Source: Octopus vulgaris (lineage: Eukaryota). Taken from it: a stretch of DNA of 64,000 bases. The DNA is taken from assembly GCA_951406725.2 (NCBI GenBank), contig OX597828.1, positions 17,236,001 to 17,300,000 of the forward strand, in the 5' to 3' direction. Below, in pieces: positions 27,391 through 41,236 of the stretch. Numbering within the stretch: position 1 is the stretch's first letter; each line of letters starts with the position of its first letter. Made by a program: the position numbers and the translations under genes. The notes under the pieces were generated by a model. The model was given only the letters and a program-made list of their open reading frames with translations. It had not been told where the DNA came from and did not search any database.

Positions 27391-27722
27391 AGTTACTAAC
27401 ACAGCAAGCAGAATCATTTGTGCGTTTAACAAGATGCTTCATGGTATTTTTTCCGGTTCATTTCGTTCTAGGTTCAAACATTTATCGTTTACATTATTTT
27501 ATTTATTTATTTTTGTTCTGCCAGAGAGACATTCCTTTGTTCCACTCCAGTGCACCGTGCAACACGTCTTAAAAACATGGAAATGAATTTCAAGGAGCCA
27601 TATTTGTCAAGAATCCAAAGACAAAGTGTTCGTAATAGCGACAATACTTACCATGCTAAAAATGAAATACAACTATAACAACAAAAGCGAAAGAAAACAA
27701 AACAAAACAGCATTAGCAACGC

Positions 27723-27809
<87 letters not shown>

Positions 27810-29749
27810 TAAATATAATAATAATGTTGAGCAAACATTAATATTGTGCTTATGGAATAAATCGATATATTTATATGCGGGAGAAAATGAAAGATGTATT
27901 CTAAAAGCATAGATTTGCTCCATTTTAATGATCCTTATGGAAATTAATATAGTATAGAAGAATGTTGTTTGAATGAAGTTTTTCAATAGCGAGACAAAGC
28001 GATAAGAAATAAAATAAAGTGTAACAGACTATAGAAAATTTGTGCGCATTTGTGTAAAAGTATTCTCTTCTTTCGCTTTAACATACAATACATTTAACAT
28101 TAGTAAAACGAAAATTCTACATACAACGGAGAAGGGACTTTTATTCTCTATATTGATATTAGTGAAATTACATCTCCAATTTCTAATGAGATCATTAGAT
28201 TTCAATAACAATAAATGTGTGAATGCGAGATAATTCCCAAGAATCTATAATACATGCAAATATTCTGATTAAAAAAGAATATAAAAAAAAATTGGCTACA
28301 AAAACAAGAACTACTACAAAAAAACCTATTTCATTGCAGCTTTTGTTTGTTCTAGTATCTTTCGATATTTTTTATGTTCCGAACAATGAATATGTTGTCT
28401 CCAATAAAACATAGAATACAACAAATGTATCTGTATTTTTGAGCCATTAACCATTAGGTAGGAGGTGTACCATTTGTTGTTACTTCGTCTTGTTGAGATT
28501 CTTTCCAGTTCAAACGACCATCATGGGAAGAATAGAATTTATTTCATATTTATATGAACTTATCATTTTTTTCTTTATTTCATATTATCTTTATTCAATC
28601 ATGAGAGAAGGCAAAGCCCATGACCCGTTATACAGTGTCTGAGAGTTGTGGGGTGGGTGAGCAGGAAGGAGGAAGATTTTCTGAAACCGGAAACCTGATC
28701 AGAATGTTTGCAACGAAGTAGATTATACTAAAAGTGCCCACCATTCTAAGTGGATCTGTTTGAAGGGGCGACGGTCTAACCCTACCACCCAAGCAGGTAT
28801 CGTTGGAATTTGAACTCAAAATACGCGAAGATGTGTAAATATCTCAAGTCATCCAATCTGATGTTCGCATAGTGCTGCTAAACCACCTTTTAGATTGATA
28901 TACTTTCATAGCTACTTTCCCCGACCCTCCAAGGATGCAAGTTATATAAGATCTCAACCAGATTTGAAATCAGACCGTAGAGAGTGAGGATAAATACCAC
29001 CAAATATTCTGACAAGCCCTTCGATGACGCTTTCCATTTGCTGCCTTCAAACGATGGAAAATTAATCTCTATTATCTCCCCTGGCCATCTTCTCAGACTC
29101 GCAAAAATGTTGCAGCCATTTGCAACTGAAGTATTATTTGGTGCCCTTCCGATTTTCTCTGGCTGTGTTCATTGGATCTTAGTAAATGTACTCAAGGGGC
29201 CAGGTGTTGGTGCCGGAGAGAGGAACGGGCTACACCAACTGTCCATGTAAGCCATGGAAAGATTTAAACTAAAAAACGTGTACAACCGGAAGTTTAAGTC
29301 ATGTGCTGAAAAAGAACCAGAAGAAAGAAGATCCGCTTCTGTGCTTAAATTAAACACCACTCAAAGAATGTAAGAACCAAATCAATAGATAGATAGTCAT
29401 TTATATTCTATTTCCTTGCGGAGTTTTACCTCTAACCACGAATATTTAACGATCTGTATATGAGATTAAGAGGAAATGGTAACGTTTGGCCACTTGACCG
29501 TCTAAGAGTTGCAGTAACATCGCCCTAAAACCATGCCTTACCTTGATATACAGAATCTAAAAATAGACAGAATTGGTACGGCGTTACCGTAACAACAGAT
29601 TTTAGGTTTGAATAACGAAAGCTGATTTCAAGTTAAACGGCAATAGGCTTCAGAAATTCATTATCCTGTATTATCTACGGTCAAGTTCATCCATAACCAA
29701 AAGTATTCCATCTGTGTCCATCACGTATTTTCATTAGATACAGTCGTTA

Positions 29750-30044
29750 GGTTCAAAATCGTGAGGTAGTAGGTGTGATAAACGGACCTGGTTGTGAGTT
29801 GTGGTCTTGACCAAAACACTTTATTTTACGTTGCGCCATTTCACTCGGCTATATAAATGCGTAGCGACGTCTGGTGCCGGGATTTGTGGACCTTTGCCTT
29901 TCCCTTGGAGAACGTCGGTGACATGGAGCAGGGGAGGCTGGTGTGGTAACTGCTAGTCATCTTCAACCAACATTGCCCGGACTTGTGCCACGTAGAAGAT
30001 CTTTCTTAGTGCAACTGCATTGTCACTAATGACCGAAGGGGGTC
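29750..30044 (+). mobile_element. SINE family C
   Basis: Matches 7781-8100 and ends ...gaccgaagggggtc. Confidence 0.8.
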
Positions 30045-30087
30045 TTATATATTTCACATATCTCCATCTCTCTTTCTCTCTCCTTAT

Positions 30088-30119
<32 letters not shown>

Positions 30120-30234
30120 ACACACAGACACACAGACACACACACACAGACACACACACAGAAACACACACACACACACATACATATATATATATAAATA
30201 TATATAATGGTTGCCAATTCGATCTCGAGTAGAG

Positions 30235-31727
30235 CTATTGTCTAGAATATCATCGAGGAGCTGCTTTTGAGGCCTGTCAAAGACTTGCATGCTTTTTGAC
30301 AATTAGAGCAAGAAAACTTGGTGATTGTATAGTTTACTGCTACATGAACTTTGCTAGGCCTTTTCAAGCCTCTTTTTAATCTGCATACTTTATGACGGAG
30401 TCTGCATTCGAAATCATCTTTCCATCTATAATCATTGTGCAGTTGTGCAGTGTGTGATTTCACATGGCTCTTTAGCCTAGCCTTACTATGACATTTCTAA
30501 ATCTGTCCATATTCATCTCATGTAAGATCATCACGTTCATTAATGCTTGTTAGAACATCATTCCTGTCACTTTTTCTCATCTTCCTTTTGATCTTTGCAT
30601 TCTCTATTCTCTTCCTTTCAAATTCATTTTTGCCTTCATACAAAACTTTTTTCCATTTTTCTCGACAATGCGCTGAATCTACCCAATTGTCAATTGGAAC
30701 ATTTATCTTATTCAATCCCGACTTCAGACAATCTTTGAACCTCATCTTTGGTTTGTTTAGGCATTCTGCAGTCTGTCATTCTAATTGTCCACTCCATCTA
30801 AATCTCTACTGCAATAGCAAAGCTTCAATACTGAAGCACTTCCTTCTTTCAAGCACCTCCTCGTCACTCACATGCATTTTCCAGCTGATCCTCAAAATCT
30901 ATCTGAGACACTGTTGATGAAAACGTTCCATATGTTTTAAGTGCTTACGGTACACAGTCCAAGATTCTCAAGCGTACAATTAAGAGGTTAAGATACGTGC
31001 ATTGTATACTTTAATCTTTGCCGCAGGGGAAATACCATGTGTAGATCATAGGCTGATGTGCTTATTGTGCTCCCTAAGTAAACAAACTTAGGCACCACAG
31101 TAAGTTTTCTTCCATACACAAATATACCAGGTTCTATGTATGGCATTCCTTGTGTTGGCTGAAAAACCGACAACAGTTTTGGTTAGATCTCGGTTAAGCC
31201 AAGTGTTTAAAAAGCCATTGAAATTGCATTCATAAGATTTTGCATCTCCTCCTCAGTTTGAGTAACAGTTTCACAATCATCTACATAGAAGAGGTCTCGA
31301 ATAAGAGTCGAAGATGTCCTTGACTTAGCTGACAATCTTCTCATGTTAACGATTTTTCCTGTTGTGCGATGTCTGACACATATACTTTCATATGAGTCTT
31401 TAAAAGCCAATTGAAAAACTATAGTAAAATAAAGGGTGAAGAGAGTGGGTGCTAGTATGCCACTTTGTTTTACCCCGTTCATGTCAGAGGTAGGCTACGA
31501 GAGCTTTCCACCAATGTTGATATTTACTCCCATGCTATCACGAAACTGCTTCAGAATAGTGAGACACTACCGGGCTTCCAAGTCTCCTCCGGATCTCTCA
31601 AAAAGGCAGTTCGATTGACAGAGTCACAAGCCTTACTAAGATCAATGAATACTAATTAAAGTTCTATTTGCTGTTCCACACTACTGTGCATAGAAGATCA
31701 TATCAACAGTATCCCTACCGTTTCTAA
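30235..31727 (-). pseudogene. Decayed RTE-clade LINE ORF (RT domain to C-terminus)
   Basis: Minus strand gives [61 protein letters not shown] and RFKDCLKSGL...DNWVDSAHCREKWK, typical RTE/BovB-like motifs. Frameshifted. Confidence 0.9.
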
Positions 31728-31730
31728 ATA

Positions 31731-31787
<57 letters not shown>

Positions 31788-33230
31788 ATGCATACATACA
31801 GACACATAGACACACAATTATTTATGTATGTATGTATTGTACTTTCGTTATTTAACCTATAATTATTCAAACACAGTGTATACATAAGTTCTGCATTATT
31901 TCAGACATATTTCTAATACATTTTAAAGACGAAACGGTGTGATTTGAAGAAAATCGAACTGCTATTTCTTGTGCATCGATCGACCAAGTAAAGATTTCCC
32001 CGTTGGTACGAGCAAGATAAAAGTCGACAGAACGGGTCATCTGCGGTTTATGAATTGTCTTCACCATGAAACACAGCACCGAATCAGTGACGTATCACTG
32101 ACTCTCATATCTCTCGGCTCTCGTACAACACTTGCGCTCAGTCAGGTACAGCTTTCAATCAAACATGCAAAAACGGTACATAAATCGAAGAAATGAAATC
32201 ACAACGGATTATAAACAAATACATCGTCTCTTGTATGAAATCTCTAAAGGAACAACATATATTGGCGTGTCCATCAACTAACTGGTGGACTTGTCACAAG
32301 AAATAAATAACCAATTTGATAAAATGGAAACTGTAAATGCGTCAGATTAGGATATAAAAAAACAACGACTCAAGGATACGAATCGACGGTAGCGGATTTC
32401 CTACGTTACAAGGCTCCCTTGAGTCACTCATATAATATAGTTTTTGTTTGTTGTTTTTCCTAATGAATCTTTAGCTGCTTTGATTGAATCGACCTTATTT
32501 TATTAAGGCTATTTATTATTTTATTGACTTTCTGGCGTGATGATGACCATAGTTGACTCCCGAAGGATTTGTGCTCAGAAATATAAGCTAATGAAATCTA
32601 TGCCAAAAAGGGTTGTGGTGGGAAGGAAAAAATGATAAACATAAAAATAATCTAGCATGGTGTTCTGTTGAGTCATCGACCTCCGTCGGTGTGGAAGACA
32701 ACATTGATTTCACTTTCATCAGATGCATGTATAATTATTATCGGATGCAGAAGTATATACGATTAATCGATATATACAATATAGTATTTACTCACTCTAA
32801 ATGGATAGCAAGCACAATAGTATCTTATGAGATTTGAGATGCCAAGGTGGAGGTTTGATTTTTCTAAATAACAAAAACCAAGTACACCATTTCACTCCTG
32901 CTATTCTAACTCGCAATTCTATATACTGACATGTCACAATGTCGTCCCAAAGCACTATCTCCTTAAATTTTTGTGTACTCCGGTCAGTTGGTGATCCATT
33001 GGCTGTATACAAATAGAATTTGTACCAGCTTGTTGGAGCACATTACTATGTTGAACTGACTACAGTAAATATTTCCTTCAGACTAACCGTGAGATAATAT
33101 GGAATACTGAAGTTAACTGACGGGTTTCGAACTCGATCATTTTCATTAATCAGCACAATTAATTACCGCTTTACCATGTACTTCACTATTACAGACCAGA
33201 CAAGAGCATCTCAATCTATTGTATTGAGGT

Positions 33231-33745
33231 TGTTGTGACCCCCTTCGGTCATGAATGATCATGGGATTGCACCCAGAAAGTTACCCTCCAAGGCAGAAGT
33301 CTGGGCAAGGTTGTTTATGGAAGACCAGCAGTCGTCCACGCATACCAGCCTCCCCTCTCCACGGCACCGATGTTATCCGAGGGAAAGGCAAATACCAATA
33401 CAGCTTGGCACCAGTGACGTCGCAGCTCATTTATTAACGTGCAAGTGGCAAAGCACTTCACAGACACGTGTACTCTTAACGTAGTTCTCGGGAAGATTCA
33501 GCGTGACACAGAGTGTGGCAAGACTGGCCTTTTGAAATACAGGTACAACAGAAACAGGAAGAAAGAGTGAGAGAAAGTTGTGGTGAAAGAGTACAGCAGG
33601 GTTCACCACCATCCTCCACTGGAGCCTCGTGGAGCTTTAGGTGATTTCGCTCAATAAACACTCACAATGGCCGGTGTGGGAATCGAAACCGCGATCCTTC
33701 GACCGCGAGTCCGCTGCCCTAAAAGGTGGACCATTGCGCCTCCAC
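33231..33745 (-). mobile_element. Chimeric SINE (family E head, second body module, family C tail) with 12-bp TSD
   Basis: TTGTATTGAGGT at 33219-33230 and at 33746-33757 flanks the whole element. Confidence 0.88.
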
Positions 33746-34039
33746 TTGTATTGAGGTAACTGTAATAATATTGCCTTCAGATTTTGAAGCAAGGCCAGTA
33801 ATTTCAGAGAGTTATTATATGTTTCATTGTAAATTTTATGAATTAAGTTTAAATATTTTCTTTATAATAAAAAATTGTCCGACAAAGTTTCATCTATATT
33901 TGAAAGGATTGACCAAGTTCGTTGATAAGTTGTCATTAATTGTGTTCATACAACATCGTTCAAGAAGCAAATCATTTGTATAAATTATTCCCAGCGCTGC
34001 ATAGCAAGAGAGCTTCGTTGTATATTTTTTACATGGTTT

Positions 34040-34300
34040 CTTTAAATGCAGGTCCATATGGGACGAGTGAAGGGAAAGAAGGGTGTAGAAATTTAATCTA
34101 CTTTCGGAGGCTGCGAGAACAGGTAGCGGGATCATGGATGTTAATGTAAAATATGAAGCGATTGCATCAAGGTCTGGAAGGGGAGACTTTTGGTGAAGTT
34201 TGTGGCTGCACCACGGGAATGCTGTGAATAGCGCGGAGTTGTGGTTGCATCTGAGGACCTTGAAGCTCAGCTATGAGGATGGGAATACTCATTCGTTCAT
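34040..34300 (-). mobile_element. Possible highly decayed 3' end of a LINE RT
   Basis: Minus strand SRLNFY / PFFPFTRPIW resembles the SFFPRTxxxWN C-terminal motif. Weak match. Confidence 0.3.
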
Positions 34301-34978
34301 TGCATTACTATAGCTTATTTTGTTTTCCTTCCCCCGAAATAATGTAAGATGGCGAGAATCCCGTGAGATTTGAAATCAGTACAACGAAGCCGAACAAAAC
34401 CATATACGATAAAAGATATAATCCGGTCCAGGCTTCCAATGACTCGGCCATTTTTACCGTGAACACACAATTTTAATATTAAAACATAATTCCTTTGTTT
34501 GCGACAATGTTCTTTAAATACTCTTGAGATTATTGCAAGAATTATTAAACAAACAACAGAACAAAGCAAAACATAATTAAAACAGAAAATAGGAAAAATA
34601 TACAATGCAAAAACATACAAAAAATCCACCCATCAATATTTGTAATCATTCCATTACTTCATCTCAGCAGAATTGTCTTCATATTTTAAGGAACAGTTGT
34701 ATGAATTCATTTTATCATAACACTGTCAAATCTAATTTTATACTAAAATTAACATAATAACTACATTAGCATTCATTGAATTTAAACAAACCTATTTTTC
34801 CAAACCTTTTTGTAATTTCATTAAATATGCATTCTATTTTGCGCTTTCCTATCTTTAACTTCTTTACTGCTTCTTCAATTCTTCAATTATATTTGATTAT
34901 TTGATTTTACTTCACACTTTATTATAATTATTCTTCTTGTTATCATTATCATTAATATTATTACTATTATTATTATTA

Positions 34979-35009
<31 letters not shown>

Positions 35010-35477
35010 CATTATTATTATTATTATTATCATCATTATTATTCAGGCCTTGTGCCTATAGTAGAAACGTTTATTATTATCATTATTATTATTACTATTA
35101 TTTCATTCTACCGAACCCATACAAAAATATCAATATTACATCTGCCCTTATTTATACCTACGTGTCGGTATGAAATGCTTGCACTACGTAGTACCCGATG
35201 TATTTGAAATGTGATGATGTTCTTGATGACGATAATGGTGAGCGTGTTGTGAATGATGTAGCAAAGCGCACATTTCATCTAGGACATAACATCCATGACC
35301 ATTCTTACGTTTTTTTTTTCTCTTGCCATAACAATAACCTACGCCGATGAGAGGTGTTTCGTTACTCTTCCTAACTATTTCAGCGACGCATTAAGACTCT
35401 ACTCCTCATATAACTAGCGGTGACGGTGTTTATGTTGGATAGAATTATAATCATAGCTACGAATGTTATTTTAAAGG

Positions 35478-38400
35478 TTTGGACAGTGAGCTCGCCATAT
35501 AAGATGCTTAAAGGCATTTCGCCCGTCTTTAAGTTCCAAATTCAAATTCCGCCATGATTGATTTTGCCTTTCATTATTTCTGAACGATAAAATAAGTACC
35601 AGTCTAGCGCTGGGGACGCTCTAATCGACTTACACCTTGACCCAAACTTGCTGGCTTTGTGCTAAAATGTCAAATCAATATTAACTTAAAAGTTAGTCAA
35701 ATGTTTAGCTTAACTGAGTTGACGCTTTACAAGTATTATTATTATATGTCGACCGTATGGTCGACAGCTCGAATCTCATCGTGCACAACGCCACTCTGCT
35801 ATGTCAATGACCAAATCGATAATGTTAGCATTTAGTACCCAAATCAGCCTTGATGTAGGAGACTATTCTAAGAAAAAATACACTGCAACTCTCACCATCA
35901 TTTTATATTTCTTCGGGGCTACATTATCATTTTTTAAAGATGGTAGGATGTAGATTTGGCTGCCATTTATAAGAAATCGAGTGTCGACTCAAGACGATCC
36001 TTAGTTTATCTTTGCTAGTACAGTATCCACCGGTAAAAATTTTCTCTTTTTCGTGTGACCTGGTAGAAATAACAGCTATATCTGTCTCGAATCATTCCTC
36101 GGACACACAAAATCAAATCCAATGGATAAAATACTCAACTAAAAACCCACAGAGTTGTGTATTTGTAGTCACAAAAATTGCAAGACACAGTAGATATATA
36201 CTCTTCATATCACACACAAATATTTTAGAATTGGAAGGACACTTTAAAAAATGCATTTACTATTATAGAAAATGTGGTGATGGCCATGGTTGGAAGGCAT
36301 TTAATGGAAGTTCCGAAATATAAGGATAACTGAACTGAATTTCAACTCAAAGCTTTCATTTTGATTATAAATATCAAAGGCGGCAAGACTAGTAAAATCG
36401 TTTGCTCGCCGGTCAAAAGACTCAGCGGCATTTGATCCGGCTTTACATTGTGAGTTCAAATTCGCCGATGTCGACTTTGCCTTTCATTTATACAAGTTCG
36501 ATAACATATGTACCAGTTGAGCACTGGATTCGATGAAATCGATTATCCCCTTCCAACAAAATTTCAGGTCTTGTACCTATAACAGAAAGGAGTATGTTAA
36601 GTTAGCTTGCTGGCAGTATCGCTAACATAATGGACAAAATGCTTATCAGTATTTTCTTGGTCAACATAACCGACGGAGCTTCTTCGTCTTTTAACAGCTC
36701 AGTTATAGAGCAACTCCACACTAAAATGGATGCAATGGGGTTGAAGCTTATTGATACGTTCTGTTCTTTCGTTTATATTAAGCATCACACCAAGGCCACC
36801 GCTTTTATATCATTATCACTTACATACTGTGGCCTGGAGTTGCAACATTTTACTCAACGAACCCCATGCTGTTGAGTGTGAGTTTTGTCGCCAGCATCAG
36901 TGAGTGGTCCCGGACAGCTCTGGTGTCGCAGTGCAAGGGGCCAAAACAACTGCAGAATTGCTTCTCCACCTGATGGGGCATCGAATCCTGCATTAGGAGA
37001 CTGATTAGAGCAAAACCATCAGCACACAAATGTTCAACCCTGAATGTGTCACATTCGAGTCCCTGTCTTATGTGTCATCTAAAATTTTGTGACAAGGCGG
37101 CGAACTGGCAGAATCTTTAACACGCCGGGCAAAATTCTTAGCAGCATTTCGTCCGCCCTTTACGTTCTGAGTTCAAATTCCACCGAGGTTGACTTTGCGC
37201 TTCATCCTTTCGGGGTGAATAAAGTAATTCCCAGTTGAGCACTGGGGTCGATGTGATCGACTTACCAATGTTGTAAGAATCCTTACTGAAATAGTTATTG
37301 ATCTTGTTAATGTTATAAAACTTCGGCTCAGTCCGTATCGGGCAGACTTACGATCAAACTATTCCAACTTTGGCCATCCTATCTTTTTCTTTTTTCTTTT
37401 TAATCCCGGACTATATATTTTCCTTTTTATTCTTTCGTCTCTTGCACACAGAACAAATGGCATATGCATGACCACCACCAGGGACTACTGGGGGAAAAGG
37501 ATATTCAGACCCGAGAGCTAATCCAAATTTTTGCAACAGAGTCACATCGACTGAAAGAACCCAGGTACTCAGTGGTGGTGGTCATATGAGGTAAAGGATT
37601 CACTCTAAGACACTGCTATCCCGTGTGTCGTTTGCTGTTTTTCATAATTGATATAGGTGTGCAATTTCAAGATAATTTGAGAGAGCTGCTATTTCTATCC
37701 ACATCGATATAATGTCTACAGCCAAGAAATATATTGGTATTGTTTAACTCTAGATAACATCAACCGAGCAAACCTGTGATCGATGACGAAGCATAAATCT
37801 CGTTTATCACGTTTACAAGTATCTAGAACTGCATCGGTGATAATTTTCCCTGCTCAAAAGGTATGTTAAACTGAAAGAAAATTTAGCTTATTTCAAGAAC
37901 ATTCAGTAACAAAATTCAGGCGCTTTCAATTTAACCATTGCATTCTCTTTTGACGCCAAAACAATTTTTAAGAGTTTAATCATTATAAAGTACAAACGTT
38001 AAAATGATTTATTTGACAATTTAGGTTTTATAATTTTTTTTATATGAAAGTGAATGGTGTAAGAGCTGATTTACCACAGAATTCTGTATTACATATTAAT
38101 AACATTACAGCTGTGACATAACTTCTTTCATATACTGTCGCTTAGATTGCTTCAGACATTGAGTCGTAAAAGTTGACACTTAGTGCTCTTAATATTCTCT
38201 TTACATTTCGGCAGACACGAACTTCAGGTCTGTGGTGCAATGCTTAACTGTTGTTTAAAGGGGAACCTTTGTGACGAAAAACAACAAAAATTATTGACAG
38301 TAAATGTGAAATAAGTACAATCCAAACACATTGTCTTCAGCAATATTAATTTAGTTTTCAAGCAGCAAGCTGGCAGAATCGTTACTGCTCCGAGTGGGGG

Positions 38401-38616
38401 GGAAAAAAAGACACAATGCTAAGTGGTATGTCTTTCGACTTCACGTTCTGAGTTCAAATGTCGCTAGGGTCCACTTTGCCTTCAAACATTTTTTTTTTTT
38501 TGGTGGTGGTGGCAAGAGTTAATAAAATAAAGTACCAGTCAGGTATTGGGGTCAATGTAATTGATTCAGCCTCTTCTCTAAAATTGCGGGCCTTGTGCCA
38601 AAATTTGAAACTAATA
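35478..38616 (+). mobile_element. Dispersed SINE family B copies (approx. 35478-35680, 36378-36590, 37096-37265, 38361-38616)
   Basis: Each carries gttcaaat...gactttgcctttca and the downstream taccag...tggggtcgat motifs. Not one contiguous element. Confidence 0.8.
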
Positions 38617-38981
38617 TTACTGAAGTTAATGCTGCTACTACTACTACTAATTTTACTGCAGCTGGCGTTACTACTACTACTACTACTAGGAATGGTTTTG
38701 AAACGATAATAAGCTGGATTTCATGTATGACAGTAATACATGTACTAATAAAAATTAGATTGCTCTGTTTGTCAGAAAATAAAAGCTTGATCAAGAGCGT
38801 CAGAAATCCTATCCAAACTCTATATTTATATATAATTTCAACAGTGATGTACTGAAAGAAATAACTCAGTGTTCAGCAGATGTATTTGAACATAGACAAT
38901 TCCAGGTATATCAATTAAGACAGGAAACCTTGATTTATTAAAATTATTTCCGCCTCGAGAGGTTGTATTATAATCACTTAA

Positions 38982-39242
38982 ATAAAAAACAAATGCGCCC
39001 TTTTTAAAGCCTAGCCAAGCTCATGGACTCGGTTTCCCGGTTTCAATAGCGTATGAGTTCCCCAGCGGGACGGGACGGCAGTCCATCACAGCGTTACTCA
39101 TTTTTGCCAGCTGAGTGGACTGGAGCAACGTGAAATGAAGTGTTTTGCTCCAAAACACAACGCGTCGCCCGTTCCAGGAATCGAAACCACAATCTTACGA
39201 TCATGGTGCTGACACCCTAACCACTAAGCCACGCGCCTTCAC
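38982..39242 (-). mobile_element. tRNA-derived SINE (family C-type head and middle, different tail) with 15-bp TSD
   Basis: TSD ATTATAATCACTTAA at 38967-38981 and 39243-39257. Minus-strand head GTGAAGGCGCGTGGCTTAGTGGTTAGG...GGTTTCGATTCC. Confidence 0.9.
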
Positions 39243-40692
39243 ATTATAATCACTTAATGACAATTAAATCCAACAACATGCCATAATGAAAAAGAAGACA
39301 GGATTATTGTCTGGAGATACGAGCACAGCTGCGGATATGTATTTCTGGTTCAATAACCGTCATAAGGACATCAAATTTCAGAGATTGTTTCTAGCCGCTT
39401 TAGGACTGATAAAAATTTGCAGAATACATTTACGATCTAATCTAAGTAATCTGAGTACTTTTAATAGAGAGTGACTAGTCGCATGTGTATGCGTTTGTGT
39501 TTTGCTGATATTGGCGAAAGACCTAGGCATTGGCAAGAAAACTGACAACAAAAAATCCGAAGTTCTTATAATAAGATTATAATAAACAAAATTATTCTGC
39601 CAGGCATGTGTTCCGCTCCCGAGTTGCAGATAATATTCCTTGTCTGTCACCACCAGAAATTCAGTTCACCAATAATGAATTGGCTTGCTCGAAACGTATA
39701 ACGAAGAATGGTGTTAACACCAAGTTCTTTATAGAATAAATAAGACAAACATAAACACGATTCACATACATAAGTCGCCCGGAATAAAGTGTTTAAAGCA
39801 TTGGTCTGAAAGACAGTCAATTCTGTAAAAATTTCATTCAGAGATGGTGGTAGTAGTAGTAGTGGTAGTAGTAGTAAGAGGATAGGTGGAGGAGGATTAG
39901 CGTAACCTTATCAAAAACTTCCCAATCATGATTAATACGTCTTAATATTTACAAGCAGAGTATAGCGGGGAGCTGGGAGAAACGTTAAAAGTTCAGATTG
40001 TTTACAATCTGAGTTCAAATCCCGGGCGGTCAACTTTGATAGACATCCTTCAGGGATTGAGAAAACAAAGCACTAGTAATGCACTAGAATGGATGATATC
40101 GAATCCACACCTCACAATTTTTTTTTACCTTTTGCCTTAATCAAAAGCCATTATTTTCTAATATTACGCGCATCTAGAATTGCACCATTCAGAGTAGCTT
40201 TCGCTTTTGGAAACGGTAAGGTGCGAACACTGTGAACATTTTCTGCTACTGTTAGTCGTCGGCCAATATTAGAAAACTTCATTTTGGCCGGGGAAGTAGT
40301 GGTTGCGTTTAAATTCTTCTGCACTTCTTCATACAGATTTCCAGACAGCACCCGGTTATATTCTAAGTCTTTCCCTAATACGGCAACATAGTTGTTACTA
40401 ATAAGTGAGAATGACATGGTGATGATTTCTTCCACGGTTTCGCTCTTTGTTATAGATGCATGTGTAATCGTGAGCAAAGAATCTGTTCACTGCCCTTCAA
40501 CCGTTGATCGAGCAGAATATCTCGGAGGTGACAAATGGAGACGAAGAGAAGGTTGTACCATAAGTCAGTTACGCATTTGCCGTTAAGTAAACTGGAACAG
40601 CGTGACCATATCAGGCCAAATTATTCTACCAGTGAGATCTAGCCTCTCACACCAACCCTACAATATCGTTCTAAAAATTAACAGTTAGTGTA

Positions 40693-40863
40693 GGCGTAGG
40701 AGTGGGATTGTGGTAAGTAGCTTGCTTACGAACCACATGATTCCGGGTTCAGTCCCACTGCGTGGCAACTTGGGTAAGTCTCTTCTACTATAGCCTCGGG
40801 CCGACCAAAGCCTTGTGAGTGGATTTGGTAGACGGAAACTGAAGGAAGCTCGTCGTATATATG

Positions 40864-40896
<33 letters not shown>

Positions 40897-41077
40897 ATGT
40901 ATAAGTTTATGTGTCTGTGTTTGTCCCCCCAACATCGCTTGACAACCGATGCGGTTCGGCAACAGAGAACGACAGAATAAGTACTAGGCATTCAAAGAAT
41001 AAGTCCTGGGGTTGATTTGCTCGACTAAAGGCGGTGCTCCAGCATGGCCACAGTCAAATGACTGAAAAAAGTAAAAA
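40693..41077 (+). mobile_element. SINE family A
   Basis: Head, microsatellite and tail match the family. Confidence 0.9.
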
Positions 41078-41177
41078 AACAAAAGGAGTTATCTCATCAA
41101 AACCTGAAAGCTATAGGACAATACATGATGAATTCAAAACAATGTGAATAAATAAACTGAATGCTAAAAAGGTTAAT

Positions 41178-41236
41178 AAATCGAACCCACGACGTTATGA
41201 ACGTCAGGCTCACACCCCGAACCACTACGCTACGTG
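41178..41236 (-). pseudogene. tRNA-like SINE head or tRNA pseudogene fragment
   Basis: Minus strand GTAGCGTAGTGGTT...GTGGGTTCGATT has A and B boxes, but I cannot close an acceptor stem. Confidence 0.45.

Noticed and set aside
28984-29370. Non-repetitive ORFs with a faint resemblance to a Helitron helicase C-terminal motif
   Set aside because: I could not assemble a convincing motif in any frame.
36880-37020. GC-richer patch possibly an RTE 5' end with an HDV-like ribozyme (similar thought for 47740-47940 and 54440-54505)
   Set aside because: I could not build the nested double pseudoknot by eye.
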